Positions 61,224 through 64,000 of a stretch of DNA of 64,000 nucleotides are shown here, one piece after another. Source of the stretch: Eutreptiella sp. 'Long Island Sound 2002'. Its lineage: Eukaryota; Protista; Euglenida. Below the pieces are notes generated by a model that saw only the letters and a list, made by a program, of their open reading frames with translations, made no database searches and was not told the DNA's origin. The stretch lies in contig OZ038379.1 in the NCBI GenBank assembly GCA_964036045.1, forward strand, positions 15,438,001 through 15,502,000, given 5' to 3'. The position numbers and the translations under genes were made by a program. Position 1 is the first letter of the stretch; each line of letters starts with the position of its first letter.

Positions 61224-64000
61224 AAGTCCTTGCGAAGTACATTGATGGTGCTGCACGGTATGTGGATCGAAACGAAGCACACAGTGCAGCAAAGAGCCAA
61301 CAGCTTCAATCAGTCACTCACCCCACAACCTGCTGCTTGAAGTTTACCAACCCACAACCGACAGGTGGAAACTAACAACGACACACTGCTTTGCGCCACA
61401 GAAACGGAACAGTTTTTTCCTTGGAACCGAAGAATTTGTGTGAGAAGAAGGAGTAGAATTTTGCTGTGTGCGCGATTCGGGCGTCCCGGGTGCCGCGGCC
61501 CCAGCCCAAGAAAGAAGCCCACGCCCACCCCACCCACTTCACTACTGGGTCGCTGCCGTATCGTGGTTGCACAATGGCAAGAGAGTAAATTCCAGATGAT
61601 GCAGGCCTCAGACAGGGTTATTACGTCCATGTAAGCCAGTGTCAAAAAATTGTTGAGTGCTGGATTGCCAAAGGTTTTCTGGAGAATCCTCCTATCTCTA
61701 CCATCAACATCACGTCTCAGGACCTCATAGAACCTCTGCTTATCTCTCCGTCTTTGCTTTACAATGTTTCAGAGAAGTGTTGAAATGTTGGGCATCTTGA
61801 CCAATGCATCGATATGTGCTGGCAATTTTTGTGCCTGGCTGTTCAATGTGCGTCCATGTGCGTCCGTGTGTTTTCACGTGGTCGTAAGATGTGCTTGGCA
61901 TTGTATCAGTCTGAGAGATGCATGTGTCTCTGACGTTTTTCTATCCATTTGACACTCCGTGATTTAGAGGATACTTGCACCTGGTTTGGCCAGCAGGCAT
62001 CGGCCTATTCTTCCCAGTTTTGTTTTAAACTGGTTGCTTTGCCCCCACGTGCTCCTGATGTTTTCTTGAACCGCCCCATGATTTACCACCCAGCAAATGA
62101 GGTGGAAACCAAAATAGCTGGAATTTTGGTCCGCCCTTGGGCAGCGGGTGCGGGTGTTTGCAAGATATCCGCCCAAACGGCAGGACAACCGGAAGCCTCA
62201 GACTGACACCACCGCCCGGTTCTAAGTGATAGTCCTTATCATTGTTGTTGTTATTGTCTCTCACCCTCACGCATTGATTCTGAATCCCTCTGTCCATAAA
62301 AACCTGTGATGTTCACAAGGAAAACTTACACGCCCTATGGCATGTTTATTTGACCTCTGGGGCTCTCTGGATTGGGTTCCTCCTCAAGCTCGTCCGCAGT
62401 GCAATGCAGATTTGTTTCATGTTGTTTCTGCTCTGAGCAAACTGTGGCCATCATTTTGACATTTTCTCTAAGTGGAGGAATCGGCTCAGGAACAGGAATA
62501 TCCCTGCTTGGCCCCTCCAAAGATCTTATTCTGCAAAGGAAAATGTGTCCCCACCGTTTTAGGTGATCATCTTCAGCATTTTTCTTGCAGCGAGTTTTGT
62601 TTTTTTTTGCCCTGGCCACATTTTGTCAGAACAAGGCACATCGGTTCGCCCCCACTGCAGTCCACCATTTTCCAATGTCTGGAGACGCAATGAATGACGG
62701 GCATAGCTGAGAACCCCATTATTACCCGTGACCCGTGTTCTTTAATGTTGCCTAATCCACAAGCAGCGTTATGCCTAGTTCAAGGGGTAATTTTCCTGGT
62801 TTTGCCCCAAATGTTGCCCAACACATACGCAATGTGCGGAGGATAAACGAAGAATCCAAATATGAAATAACAGCTTCAAAATCCCATTGCGCCACATTGG
62901 GAACCGGAGACGTCACGGGTTATGCAGTCGCTTTGATTTCTTGCCCCTTTGCGGGCCCTGAGGTGGCAGGAGTTATGCAGCCACCTCGATTTGTTCCCGC
63001 TATCGGGATGCGCTGGTTGCAGTTTTGGTTGTGTGCAGCAGTTTCGAAAAAAAGTTTGAAGCTCCCTCTTTTGGTTACAGCCCTGGTGCGGATGCAAAGC
63101 CTGCAGATGCCAAGAACCCTATTTTTCTTTCCTTGTGTATGGATACAGAACTGCAACAGGAAAATCAATTAAAACGGCTGGCAATGTTTCATGGTTGGGT
63201 CACCTGCACTATGACCCTCCCCCACAGGAGGATGTATGGTGTTGAGACACCAAACCAACCAAATTTTCTGGAAATCTGTCCACGACGCCACTAAGCCCCC
63301 CCCCCCCCCAATCCACAATCTTCAACTCTTGCCCCCCCCTCCCGGATTCAAGATTGTGGTACAATATCTTTTTTTTTTTGCAGATGGTGGTAGATTGGTT
63401 CATTGATATTGCTATTGCTGTCAGCCAGCAAAGCCGGGGGGAAAGCTGTTGGACAATGACGTCACAGGCATTGGACGTGCTGCTATTGTGGAAGAGCTGC
63501 CGTGTAGCAAAAAAAAAACCTGCCATGGGTAGATGTGGTTGGGTGGATGGAGGAAATTTTGGGGGGGTGGGAGAATTTGGTGCTGCTGGGTTTCCCCAAA
63601 TCTGAGTGGCTGGGTGTCTGAAGCAACCCTTTCCCCCTCCTGCTCCATTGCTAAGCACAATCCTGGCTGGGGGGGGGGGGGTATGTATTACCCAATCCCA
63701 TTGTTTGAGCAGATTCTAACCTTCGCTTTCGTGGCAGCAATTACAGTGAGTTGGCCATGTCATATATGTATGCCATGCCAATATAGATTTTTGTACATTT
63801 TTTGATGGTGACATGTTGTCTCAGGATATGCCTACAGCAGATGCTGTCAAAGCGGCAGATTTTGATTGATTTTCATGTCGATTTCTCAATTGTCTGTCCA
63901 AGTTGCTGGAATTTCTGCACATGATTTGCTCTGCTGCGGTGACTTCGAAAATGCAACAAATGTGCCAACCCACATGTAATGAAAACAATCACACCACCGC

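Overview
Eukaryotic, repeat-dense nuclear DNA. A photosynthetic euglenid is my inference, not a database match. It rests on a cyanobacterial-type gene, spliceosomal GT-AG introns, TTAGGG-like tracts and Euglenozoa-type retroelements. Three multi-exon genes can be rebuilt with consistent intron phases. (1) A minus-strand cyanobacterial-type TrmJ/LasT SPOUT tRNA methyltransferase has four exons over 21.5 kb (26724->5239). Its 16.7-kb second intron holds nested mobile DNA: a Gag-YR-RT-RH (VIPER/TATE-like) relic, a Penelope-like RT relic, a young divergent APE-RT-RNase H LINE, and a TIR element with a 6-bp TSD carrying a tRNA-like dimer. (2) A minus-strand MAP3K-like kinase starts with MGSC (55146->52355). 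(3) A plus-strand RING-like/coiled-coil/MATH protein has at least nine exons (~59.2-61.2 kb). There is also an orphan GC3-rich ORF (33.5-34.2 kb), an RNase H pseudogene, several satellites, a telomere-like-flanked dispersed repeat and a short hairpin-repeat/spacer array (41.9-42.1 kb). Most short ORFs in the supplied track are spurious translations of repeats. Boundaries of decayed elements are approximate. All alignments were made by eye.
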